A stretch of DNA of 62,662 bases, filler included, from Stramenopiles sp. TOSAG23-2 (taxonomy: Eukaryota): NCBI GenBank assembly GCA_900128395.1. It is 11 parts of 11 records of this genome, joined end to end, with 100 filler letters (N's around TTAATTAATTAA, not from the genome) between each part and the next. Parts side by side here need not be neighbours in the genome. Positions count along the whole stretch, not along the records: positions 6,662 to 13,216 come from LT650444.1; positions 13,317 to 19,869 come from LT650445.1; positions 19,970 to 26,521 come from LT650446.1; 8 more parts are not named here. The stretch is one strand, 5' to 3'. A model generated the notes under the pieces. It saw nothing but the letters and a program-made list of their open reading frames with translations, was not told the DNA's origin and did not search any database. How positions within the stretch are numbered: the stretch's first letter is position 1; each line of letters starts with the position of its first letter. The translations under genes were made by a program, and so were the position numbers. Positions 10,604-21,756 of the stretch are shown piece after piece.

Positions 10604-13216
10604 ATGGAAGCTTATTTAAATCGAATCGATAACAATATATGTGAACGTGTGAAATTACAAAAAGAGAATGCAGTGAAAACTAAAAAAAATAAGACATATT
10701 TACACAATGTAGTAAAAGACACTTTACGGTCAAGTTTTGATAATACAATGTATCCGACTGTCATCGAGAAAGTAGTGATCAGCAACGGAGGGCATGTTAG
10801 AAAAGTAAAACCATATAATGATGATCCACAGTATGATCATTCGATGGAATCTTCGCAATTTCATCGTGAATGTAGAGAAGAGTTAGCATATGATATAGAA
10901 AATAGTTACAAATCTAAAGACACGAACGAACTAAGTGACAAAGAAGTCAATTCGGCGTTAAATAATTTACATAAGTGGATACAAAATGCTGGAATGGCGC
11001 ATAAACCATTGTCAGAAAAGGTGTTTTTCCTAGAAGAACTTTTAAAATGCTTTAAACTTAATTCCAATCCTTCTTTTTTCAAGAATATAATGACTGAAAT
11101 AGTTGCGTTGAAAGGTATCGGATTTATGAACAATCATGTTGATCAAAATATAGTTGATGAAGTTACGATACAGGATTTTTTAATAAAACGTTTTTTCTTT
11201 GCAAATCCTATAGATGTGAATAATGAAAAGTTTAACAACATTAATAACAGTGTGAAAGATCGTTTAGAAGATTATCTAAAAGGTTCCGGTATAGAAAATT
11301 ATAAAGCAATAGTTCAAGCAACGTTAAAGAATGGAGTAGTAGATGGTGATGAAAAAAAAGAAGATTTATCTTGGAATTGGGGTGACAATGATAGGACTTA
11401 TACCATACAAGATGTTACAAATGAAATTGAAAAAGTTGCTATTGTATTAAACAAAATGGAAGGTGAAAATGCAGTTGAACATGATTCAAAAATTCCACTT
11501 TTTGCAGAATTTAACGATCTAGATAGAGAAATCATTGAAAATGAAATGAATTGCCGAAAAACAGTAGGAAGATTGCACCCTGTCATTTTTTTAACGTATT
11601 TAAAAGATTTAGAGAAATATAAAAAACTGTTTTTCGATATCAAGTCATTGTCATATTCAATTACAACATCATTGAATGAAATTTTAATAAACGTAGTAAA
11701 AGGATTAATTATTGAAGAGGTACAAATATTTAATATACAGGAATGTGATCTATTTTTAAAAGAAGCGAAATTGAATTATTACAATATAGATCGTGCATTG
11801 AATAGTATTTCGAAGGAAGGTATTTTAATACAAAATCTACAAATGGAGGAGAAAGGTGAAGAAGAAAAATCCTCAAAACATTGGACAGCTAAATTGCGTG
11901 ATGACACTGCAGAACTTACGAAATTAACTGAAAAAATATCATCTCTATTATCATCCTCTTCGAACGACATCACACAAGGAAATACTGCATCTACTAATGT
12001 AAACAAAAATGCAGGGAAAAAGGTAGTACAATATTGGGGAATTGACGGCACCAGCGATGAGAGTAATAAAATCAACATTGCATCGTTGAAGATACCTGGA
12101 CTACGCAAAACTAGAGAAAAGCGGAGAGGGATTATTGATATGGAATGGAAAAATGAACCAATAGACTTTTCCAAAATTAATCTGGATGAATTTGAGGAAG
12201 GCTTCGAGGAAGAGGATGTACATCGTGCTGTTCTAACCCATGAGGAATTGTTTACTTGTATTAAGGACAAACCTGCAAAGAGCTCACCAATTGCCCACTT
12301 AGTCAATCATCATTGGAACAATCTTTTTTTAAATGTCGACACCGTAGGTGAATACCAAGTTAGGCGGTTAATAGAAAGGTTTGTAATGATGGATGAAGAA
12401 CAGGGAGGCTATTTTGAAGATGAAGAAGTTGCAGAGTTTATAAAAGACGTCAATGAATTTGCCGGAAAAAAACAAAGTACCGAAGAGGAAGAAGAGGGTG
12501 GGCTTACCCTGAATAAAATGGATCTTATCAAATATTTTCCAAAAGCAATTACGCTTTTGCCGACGGTGCCGCATGAGGAACCTCAAGACAATGTGGATAA
12601 AATCATGAGTGAGGTATCTTTTGCTTTCGTTGATGCTATTGTTTATGGTGTAATGTATGAATTATGTGAATTAATATGGCCAAAGTATGACAAAGATGAT
12701 AGTGGTACAATCAGCGCAAAAGAAATGTCAAAAATGTTAAAAGTTGAAGCTGCCCTATATGAGTCTGTTGAAGTATGCGAATTAGTTGTTGCAAGTATAG
12801 ACGAGAATGACGGGGATAATGAAATATCCTTATATGAAATTTCAAATTTTTTACACTCAATGGCGATGATGGCGGGACATGACCGGGAGACATATCAAAA
12901 TCGTGGCGGAGCTAATAAAACTTTAATGTTGTTTTCGGAAACTATGTTGGAAAGAATGACATTAGCTGAAAGCTATGACTACGTATCGGAGACGGTACGA
13001 AAAAGAAAAGGTGAACAAATTAAATCAGACAATGAAGCAATAGAATTGCATAAAAAGGAACAAGAACAAAAAGAAGCCGAGCAAAAAAAAATCCGTGACG
13101 AGCAATTAGCACAACAAGCAGAGGAGGAAGAGGACGCTGCAGAAATTAAAACAAAAACGGGGGGTGCTGAAGGGACGAAAGCTGAGGATGTAGAAGTTAA
13201 GGCAGAAGACAACAAA
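10604..13216 (+). CDS. Large EF-hand protein, 3'-truncated by the contig end
   Basis: EF-hand loops DKDDSGTISAKE and DENDGDNEISLYE, plus degenerate DEEQGGYFEDEE; open to the linker. Confidence 0.75.
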
Positions 13217-13470
13217 NNNNNNNNNNNNNNNNNNNNNNNNNNNNNNNNNNNNNNNNNNNNTTAATTAATTAANNNNNNNNNNNNNNNNNNNNNNNNNNNN
13301 NNNNNNNNNNNNNNNNTCTTAGTTTATTCATCAAAATAACTATTGGCTATTTTTGGATTTTTTGTAATATCCAACTACCTCCCTATCAAATATGCATAAA
13401 TTAGTATACTAAATTATCACTTAAATTAAGTACCATTTTGAAATCCACAGTCGATCAGAGGAAGATCTGC

Positions 13471-13677
13471 AAAAAAATAAAATAATTAAGTACAATATTA
13501 GTATAATATAATTTAACAACTTGATAGGAAATCGACAAAAAAATGTAACAATTGTGTACTTTTTTAATTCGAAATTTTATTCTATATCAATTTTGGTACA
13601 ATTTAACATTTTTTTGTCGATTACCTATCAAGTTGTTAAATTATAGTATACTAATAATGTACTTAATTGTTTTTTTC
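13471..13677. repeat. ~200-bp fold-back (MITE-like) element with ~70-80-bp inverted arms
   Basis: AATTAAGTACAATATTAGTATAATATAATTTAACAACTTGATAGGAAATCGACAAAAAAATG at ~13484 mirrored by its reverse complement ending near 13668. Confidence 0.85.
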
Positions 13678-13964
13678 GATAACTAATCCGTTTACACGTT
13701 GGCCGTCCGCATGACAAAACAATTTCTATAAAAAGATCTTAATCTAAATTTAGGCAACTTTTATTGGATTGCAATGGTATGTCCATACTAATAATTGTTC
13801 AACTTCGTCACATGTGCCCTTTTTGTATTAAAAACAATAAATATATATATGCACGTATAAATATATGTGGAGATACATCTTAGTTGAAAAATGGAATCTG
13901 TTGTTGACATGTTATAATTATTATAAGACGTGAAGTACTTTAGTATAAACGATATAGTAGATAA

Positions 13965-14111
13965 ATGACGGATGAACGTTTAGATGCATTAGAGAAATTA
14001 GTCACAAAACAATATGAAAGCGATGCATGGAATCGTTCAATGCATTTAATGTTTGGATTTGCATTATGTATTGGTGGTCTCGTCATGTTGATTTTAAAAT
14101 TTTATGGTTAG
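13965..14111 (+). CDS. Small 48-aa protein with a C-terminal TM helix (not in the ORF track)
   Basis: MTDERLDALEKLVTKQYESDAWNRSMHLMFGFALCIGGLVMLILKFYG*; coding-like composition; followed by the 3'-end dispersed element. Confidence 0.55.
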   Translation: MTDERLDALEKLVTKQYESDAWNRSMHLMFGFALCIGGLVMLILKFYG

Positions 14112-14176
14112 TCAAACAGCTTGGCCATCATTTTAGACATCATGTAGTATAAAAATGTATATTTTACATCGTCTAT

Positions 14177-14215
14177 AGAAGTAAAATTATTATATAACTT
14201 AGATTTTAACCACAT
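14177..14215 (+). repeat. Dispersed element, partial copy
   Basis: AGAAGTAAAATTATTATATAACTTAGATTTTAACCACAT. Confidence 0.8.
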
Positions 14216-14461
14216 CATCTTTTTACATCATCTTGTACAATTTATTTATTAAATTACATTTTTTAATATATCCCTTCGGAGCTTGATAGAAAAACATGCT
14301 TGGTAGTATATGATACACATATAATCAAAACAGGTCGGTCATAAAGAAGAAAATTCAATACAAAAAATTGTAATAACCAAAAAAAGAAAATGAATAAATA
14401 CGGACAAAAGCAAAATAAAACAACAAACGTAATTACATTTTTCTGAACAAGGTATAACCAA

Positions 14462-17400
14462 ATGGATATGTATTATCATAAATATGTAATGAATGGTCTC
14501 CCTCAGAAGAAGTCCAATGCCATTTTTTTTTTAGCATGGATATTATTATTTTTTTCTTTTTCATCGCCATTAACAACAATTTTTGCATTTGCATCTTCAG
14601 TTAATAATGTTAAAAAAGGAACTGTTTATATTGATGGACCAAACCATTTATTTTACGGTAATGTTACTATCGAGGAAAATATACAAACAAATTTTATGTC
14701 CGGCAGTTTCAATATTATAACACATTACGAAGCAAATACTCGTTATAGAATATCATTTTTTCCATATGTTAAAAAAACATTAGATACCACTATAGATACA
14801 ACTATGGAATCACCTTTTGGCGAAGTGATGTACACTATATATAATAATACAATAGCAACAAGTAACAATAATAATGCTATATTTCAAATAGATACGTTTA
14901 ATAATAGCAAAGTATCATTAAGCAAAGAATATTTAACCACAGCAAAACCCAATTCTGTCGTAGGTCGAACATTAGCAGTCGAATCTTGTGAAATAAAATT
15001 AAACACTGTAACCAATAAAATGCAAGATTATTGTAAGATAATAGCAAATGGTGTTGTCGGTGTATCAAAAGTGGATAGTAACGAGAATAACATTGCCAGT
15101 GGTTCTTCATATGCATATGAGAAAACATTAGCATGCTTCTTAACGTCTAATAACAACCATACATTAAATAAGGACCAAACATATGGAACCTTTTTGATGA
15201 GAAGACGCGATAATGAACAATATGTCTATGAAAATTATTTGCGTATGTCGAATATAAAATTTGGTGGTTCTACACACGCATTACGATTGCAAACAATTGG
15301 TGATTTACCTTTAAATGAATATGGAACGGTTTATGATTTAAACGATCGAAGTGGAATGTCTGGCTTTCCATGTGCTAGTAAACGTCGAATCGGAGACATG
15401 GGTAATGTCCCAAGTACCCCAGATGGAGATGGTTCATATAGAAGTATTTTTAAATTACCAATAGATTTTAAAGATTTGCTTGGAAAATCTTGTGTATTAT
15501 ATCGCAAAAGTGCTGTAACATGCGAAGCATGGGATGAAGGCTGCACAAATCGAAACATAAACAATAATATTATAGCTAGAGGCATCATTGGCTTAGCGGA
15601 ATCATCTATGCCACTGCCTGTTCATAAACCTGCAGATTACGACTGCACGAGTTTGGTAAAAGCATATGCTCATGCAAAACTTATGCAATTTGGATCTGGT
15701 AAACCTATAGATGGATATGTTGATTTTTTCGCGGCAGATACGGATGGTGGTGGAAATAGTGGCATTAATCACATATCGTTGCAATTAACTTTAACTGGTA
15801 TACAACTAGGCACTATGGTAAATAATGGTATTGGGATTTTACGTCATGGGGAACCGCTTTCAGGGGAATTTAATCGTCTGCCATCAAATTACGCGTCAGA
15901 TCCATCCAATTTTGAACGCTTCGATCCAAGCAACATTGCTGTACATGGTGTGCCACCATATGCTAGAAGAGTTGGTGATTTAGGTAATATCATAAAACAA
16001 AATGTAACAAGGACCATGCCTGATGTGCAACATTTAATTTCATATACAATAAGTGGGGACAGTCCATCAATACAAAATACATTTACGTCCGTTGTAGGGC
16101 GTACATTTGTTGTTTATCAAAATAAAGATAATGGTACATATTCACAGCCAAATGGCAATGTTGGTATACCATGGGCTTGGGGTATCATTGGCATGCAACT
16201 TATTCCACCATCATCAGATGGAAGTCAAGCGGTAAGAAACGTAGCAAAAGGAGGTACGGAGAATGATGATACGAAGCATTTAGTCGCAGAAATGGTTTCC
16301 ATGGATGGCGAAACCGTGAAAGGGATTGTCGAATTAGATTTAATAAATGATCCAGATGCAACATCTGCTGACGATTTAATGTTTCAAGCTTATGGTAAAT
16401 TTAAATCTTTATCACCCAAAACACCATATCAATGGCTTATATTGGGAGCAGGAGCAAAAGAAACAGATACGAAACCTATTGTTGCCACTGCTGATAATGT
16501 ATTGGTGAAAAATTCATTATTTCCAAATGGGGAAAAGGTACCTGATTGTGCAAGTTCTTCAGTATCAACATCATCGTCATCAAATGAGTTGAAAAAATAT
16601 TATGATTCCTCTGATAAAATTGGAAATTTTGGAATTATTATGCCGCCAAATAATATTACGGAAAAGAATTATGTTAATAGTAGAGTTGAAAAAGTCTGGG
16701 AGAAAAGAACATCTATATCAACATTAGGGGCATATGCAGGGTTAACAGTTGTTCTTGTACGATTAGAAAAAAATGGTGCATTATCAAATCCAAAAGTAGT
16801 TGCAAGTGGTATTCTAGGCGTTGCAAATTATCCAACATTTTCTACGGCAATTAATAATCGGAAGTCAACATCGATTTATAGTATTTGCAATGATGTCGAA
16901 GTAAAAGTGAAGGTGTATGAAGGTTTTCCAAAGAACAATTTGATCATGGCAGAAGAAATAATAGCATTGTTAGTTGGTTTTGGTATCACCATGCTCGTTG
17001 TAAGCATCAGTGCTGGTATATTTTTCGTTTATTATGGTAAAAAGAAAGAGGAGCAATTAAATAAAGAAGGTCCAACTAGAGCTATAAATGTAGATGACGG
17101 ACCACCTCCACCACCTTTGCCTGATGAGAAGGATGTAGATACTGTTACTGATATGGATCAACTTGGATATACTAGTGTTGTTAATCCTATGGTAGAATTA
17201 GCAGAGAAAGATAAGGTGAAAGAAATGGAAATGACATCTTTGCGAAAAAGAACAAATACATTGAGTAGGACAGGATTGCCTGTACATCCAAGTAAAAAAA
17301 ATTTAAAGATGGGAAAAAGCTTTTACAATCCACGAAAGCTTGAAGCAGCTCGTTCAGTACATCGAATGAATAAAGCTGTATCGCAACAAGTATTAGTTGC

Positions 17401-17875
17401 CACACCTGGTGGTCATCGACGCGGTGGTAGCCACCCAATAACGATCATGAAACGTATTGGTAGCATAGGAGCGCAAGGGATAGGGATGCGAGCATCAGCA
17501 AATACAGTGAATATTGATCGCCATGGAAGAAGCTTCATGCATTTACCAACGAAAGATGGTGGTTCACGTATCGCAAAAATCGGCCCACCAATCCGTAATA
17601 CTGTTGCACGTCGTGGATTACCTACCCATCCTAGTATGATGAATGTGAAAAAAAATGCAAATATTAGTGAAGTGGGAGCACATGAAATCTCCATGCAGAG
17701 AAGGAAACGGCGTTCCACACGAAGGCATAGTGAAGTAGAACAATTGGTTGGATGGGATCAATTAAATATAGGGGTACGAACATCCACAGTTGGCGAATTT
17801 CTAAGCGATGAAGAGATGAGACAACTCGCATTAGAATATTCCAGTAGTGATTATGGCAGTGAAACAGATGATTGA
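14462..17875 (+). CDS. Type-I membrane protein with four degenerate Cu/Zn-SOD-fold repeats
   Basis: Hydrophobic N-terminal signal; SOD signatures RRIGDMGNV, HGVPPYARRVGDLGNI, SVVGRTFVVY..D...QPNGNVG..WAWGIIG, IIANGVVG, IIARGIIG, VVASGILG; TM IIALLVGFGITMLVVSISAGIFFVYYG; basic cytoplasmic tail. Confidence 0.8.
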   Translation: MDMYYHKYVMNGLPQKKSNAIFFLAWILLFFSFSSPLTTIFAFASSVNNVKKGTVYIDGPNHLFYGNVTIEENIQTNFMSGSFNIITHYEANTRYRISFFPYVKKTLDTTIDTTMESPFGEVMYTIYNNTIATSNNNNAIFQIDTFNNSKVSLSKEYLTTAKPNSVVGRTLAVESCEIKLNTVTNKMQDYCKIIANGVVGVSKVDSNENNIASGSSYAYEKTLACFLTSNNNHTLNKDQTYGTFLMRRRDNEQYVYENYLRMSNIKFGGSTHALRLQTIGDLPLNEYGTVYDLNDRSGMSGFPCASKRRIGDMGNVPSTPDGDGSYRSIFKLPIDFKDLLGKSCVLYRKSAVTCEAWDEGCTNRNINNNIIARGIIGLAESSMPLPVHKPADYDCTSLVKAYAHAKLMQFGSGKPIDGYVDFFAADTDGGGNSGINHISLQLTLTGIQLGTMVNNGIGILRHGEPLSGEFNRLPSNYASDPSNFERFDPSNIAVHGVPPYARRVGDLGNIIKQNVTRTMPDVQHLISYTISGDSPSIQNTFTSVVGRTFVVYQNKDNGTYSQPNGNVGIPWAWGIIGMQLIPPSSDGSQAVRNVAKGGTENDDTKHLVAEMVSMDGETVKGIVELDLINDPDATSADDLMFQAYGKFKSLSPKTPYQWLILGAGAKETDTKPIVATADNVLVKNSLFPNGEKVPDCASSSVSTSSSSNELKKYYDSSDKIGNFGIIMPPNNITEKNYVNSRVEKVWEKRTSISTLGAYAGLTVVLVRLEKNGALSNPKVVASGILGVANYPTFSTAINNRKSTSIYSICNDVEVKVKVYEGFPKNNLIMAEEIIALLVGFGITMLVVSISAGIFFVYYGKKKEEQLNKEGPTRAINVDDGPPPPPLPDEKDVDTVTDMDQLGYTSVVNPMVELAEKDKVKEMEMTSLRKRTNTLSRTGLPVHPSKKNLKMGKSFYNPRKLEAARSVHRMNKAVSQQVLVATPGGHRRGGSHPITIMKRIGSIGAQGIGMRASANTVNIDRHGRSFMHLPTKDGGSRIAKIGPPIRNTVARRGLPTHPSMMNVKKNANISEVGAHEISMQRRKRRSTRRHSEVEQLVGWDQLNIGVRTSTVGEFLSDEEMRQLALEYSSSDYGSETDD

Positions 17876-18045
17876 CTTTAAAGAGAGATTCAAATAAGCA
17901 CCCATACGAAGTAAATTTTAAAAAATGAGAAAAGTAAATTTTTATAATATCATATATATTACGGAGTACTCGTATAAAAAAAATACGAACCGTATCTTTT
18001 TGAACGAGTTCACGTATATTATTTATATTTATAAAAAAATATTAC

Positions 18046-18094
18046 TTAACATGAGAAGTAAAATTATTATATATAACTTAGATTTTAACCACAT
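18046..18094 (+). repeat. Dispersed element, partial copy
   Basis: TTAACATGAGAAGTAAAATTATTATATATAACTTAGATTTTAACCACAT. Confidence 0.8.
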
Positions 18095-18153
18095 AAATAT
18101 TTTTCTACGGATTCCAGATTTAAACATTATGCATATGATATCTCATTCTATAT

Positions 18154-18663
18154 TTAAAGTGTTACGTCCGATTCACCTCTTGCTCTACTAGGTTGTTCCT
18201 TTTCATCCTTTTTATTCGCTGTTGCAGCAACATCTTTTGCCATTGCTAATACTTCCACACCTTTACTTGTTATAAAATCAAGACCATCTGAAGCGACTTC
18301 GCCAAATTTTGAACTAGCTCTTCTTCTTACATTATCGATATGACGATCAATATGTTCTTCATATTTTTCCAAAGTTGGTGATACAAACTGTACATAAAGT
18401 TTAGTTGCACCTTTAAATTGTGGCAATACTAACCATGCTATAAAACACATTTTAGCTTCATAATAAAATGGTAGCCAGCTGAGTATGTTCTCAAGCAACA
18501 TTTCAAAAACGGTAAAGACTGCAATGACAATCCAATACACTAACCATTGTGTATGCAATAAAGGGTCTTCTGAATCCACAGCTTTAAAACTAGCCCATGC
18601 TGGATACCCATATGCTAATGTTGTACAAACAAATGTTGAAAAAAGGGAATATAAATACATCAT
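18154..18663 (-). CDS. REEP/HVA22/TB2-DP1 family ER-shaping protein
   Basis: YGYPAWASFKAV, QWLVYWIV, WLPFYYEAK..FIAWLVLPQFKGATKLY, YEEHID; first ATG at 18663. Confidence 0.93.
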   Translation of the reverse strand: MMYLYSLFSTFVCTTLAYGYPAWASFKAVDSEDPLLHTQWLVYWIVIAVFTVFEMLLENILSWLPFYYEAKMCFIAWLVLPQFKGATKLYVQFVSPTLEKYEEHIDRHIDNVRRRASSKFGEVASDGLDFITSKGVEVLAMAKDVAATANKKDEKEQPSRARGESDVTL

Positions 18664-20299
18664 TTTCACTATAATATATAATATATCTTGTATATTTTTT
18701 TTTCCCGTTAAATATGCAGTATATCTATCTAAAGGGAATATAAATACATCATTTTCACTATAATATATAATATATCTTGTATATTGTTTTTTCCCGTTAA
18801 ATATGCAGTATATCTATCTACCTATCTATCTACGAAACACAAACCGAGGGACTTACATATATCTATATCAAAATAATCAATTGTTTTCTTCATACACAGT
18901 TCAACATTTCAAAACCCAGACATGTTTCTTCTTAGTCCAGTTGTTTTTTAAAATGAAAAATTATTGAATTTTCTTCGGTGTACCACAAAATAAATAGTTT
19001 TTTTTCAATAGTAATACGTTTTATTTTCAAATCATAATATTTAGGATACACACAGTATTGTTATATAAATAATAAAAAGAAGAATAAAATAATAATAAAA
19101 ATTAATTATAGAGTAGCTGATGTTAAAGATGGCAACACAAATGTAAATTTATCTTTTTTATTATCATTTTTTCCCTCGTTTCCAGTGTAGTACAATATGG
19201 AAATAGAATTACACCCACACAGTTTTTTTTTTTCTAAAAAAAAAGATTAATAACTAAATATTAAAAATACCTTAAATTAGTTATGTAATGCTATTTGCAG
19301 ATATATGATGCTCAAACTAGAAGGGTGGTCTGAAAAAAAAAGTTGAAAAAAGAAAAAAATTATTATGATTTTAAGGTATTAATATATCACATTATTTTTT
19401 ACGAAATACAAACATTTTTATCATACACAAAATACATGTACACACATATGTACACAAACGTACGAAGTATTATACATAAATATACACGCGAATTCGTACA
19501 AATTATATACGAATATATATGACACACAAAATATACATGTATATTACGTACGGTTTCGTACGAACCGTCGTACATTTTTCTCGCGTGCTCCTTTTTTTCT
19601 TTTTTCTCTTTTTTTTTTTTTTTTAATAAAACGAAACAATATAATGTATTACGAAACCATAGGTGCCATAGGGATGTTTGGTTGCTTTGTTTGAGAAACA
19701 TATTTAAATTTTTTTTGGAGTATATAGAAATACATCTTATTTTGGAATAGAGAGACACATCAATTTTAGTTATTTTTTTCTTTTTCTGTATAAATTGTGA
19801 TATACAACATGTCTTTAACACTTCATACAACTTTAGGTGATTTAAAATTAGAATTACATTGCGATATTGNNNNNNNNNNNNNNNNNNNNNNNNNNNNNNN
19901 NNNNNNNNNNNNNTTAATTAATTAANNNNNNNNNNNNNNNNNNNNNNNNNNNNNNNNNNNNNNNNNNNNAAAAATGGTATACTAGTGGAGCCTAAGTTTA
20001 AAAAGGTATTTTCAATGTTTTTCCTTTGTTTTCATGTAATAAAATGAAAAATCCATCATCACAACAATGAAATAGAAGAATTTAGGTTGAAAATGATGAT
20101 TTTAATGAAATTTGATGGAAAATATGCGCAATGTAATTATATTGCAGTGTTATTATTTAAATTGATGCGAGTTGTAATGGTATGTAGTGTTAAATTATTA
20201 ATATATTTGTATATTGTATTATCCTTATTCTACACAAACAAAGGTATTAGCGACACAAAACTATTATATGTATATATATATATATATACAAATCACAAA

Positions 20300-20720
20300 C
20301 TTCCAGGTATATTTAAATTCTTCGCTTTGCAATAATCAATATTTTTTATGTTTGTTACGTGTCTAATATCGTCATCATCTATCCGGACAACCGTATCATA
20401 TTTTTCACCGATTAATGCTGGGCCACCAACCAAAAATAATTGAACTCTAAAAAATTCACTATACTAACAGAATGCCCAAAACGTCGTGGAGGAAGCTTTT
20501 CTACATCGTTTAATGGACAGGCAAAGGGAACAGCGGGCCCAGGGGCACTTAGACCGCAAATCATATCTTTAAATGAAATATTTTGAAAAAGATACCATTC
20601 CCGTTTACAACAACTACCAAAATGACACGGATCTAAGCACTTTTCTCGACTTTTATACACGTAAACCCAAGTATTTCTTTCTCTTCCTACTACCACTGCT
20701 GCTACTACTGCTGTTCTTCA
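20300..20720 (-). pseudogene. Frameshifted coding remnant, possibly glycosyltransferase-like
   Basis: ORF 20412-20696 continues in another frame as EFFRVQLFLVGGPALIGEKYDTVVRIDDDDIRHV (DxD-like motif); no ATG start. Confidence 0.3.
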
Positions 20721-20790
20721 TCCTAGCCGTTTATTAAAATCCAAGAATTATTTTAACAAAGTTTACAACACCCACTCTTCTTACACCCTT

Positions 20791-20958
20791 CTACATAGTA
20801 ATTAAGTCATTGAATTCCTCAATAGTAAATTTACACCCCATACCTCTATTGCATGTTGAACAAAGACAAAATAGATTATCTAAATCCATTGTTCCTTGTT
20901 CTACACCAGATAATTGTGCAAAAACTTTCATAGACTTAATACAGAGGGAAAGATGTTT
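20791..20958 (-). pseudogene. HNH endonuclease C-terminal remnant
   Basis: Manual translation KHLSLCIKSMKVFAQLSGVEQGTMDLDNLFCLCSTCNRGMGCKFTIEEFNDLITM*; matches the HNH G..x.L.NL..LC..CN..(M/K)G pattern; in-frame stops upstream. Confidence 0.6.
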
Positions 20959-21756
20959 TTATATAAAACCAATGAGGATAAAATAAATTTAGAGACTCTC
21001 AAACAGCATACCTCATCTGTATTAAAAACAACAGATGAATTCCGTAAGAAATTAAAAATTTTGTGTGATAAAAAGAATATTTCATATTATAACAAAAGGG
21101 GTGATGTTGGATCCCATCACGAAAACGATGAAGAATCCATCTCCTTTGTATGGCTTTTCAATATTCAAAATCTGATGTTTGATATATTTATCTTCTTGAA
21201 AATAATATATTTGCAAAGGATGAACAAGTACTGTATTTTTTACATACATTAACAACAAACTTCGTGTTATCATGAACAAAGCATTATTATCAGCAGCCAT
21301 AGAACACCAAACGGGTACAAAACCATTAGTGTTAAGTTTTATAAAATTCCCGAATCGCTTTTCAGTGAATTTTTCAAAATTCTTAGAACCAACCTTCTAA
21401 TTTCCCATTCAAGTATAAAATATTACAGTATTATACCACCAGTAGTCATTTGATAGGCGAGAGTAGTATAAAATCACAACAAAAAATAAACGTTGTTGTA
21501 AAAGCACTAAAATGCACCACAAAACACACGTATATATTACAAATTTAAAAATATAAGTTTACATCTGAGAGCAGATAAGTTTTTGTTATTAGTTCTGTTC
21601 AAATTTATATAAAAAGCAAAAAACAAATTTATATAATACGCTGACATAAGAAAGATTATTAGAATATATTGATTGAATAGTTGCGATTTGATTCATATAT
21701 ATATATACATATACATACACACACACACAAGCGAATAGCAAATAATATAAATAAAT

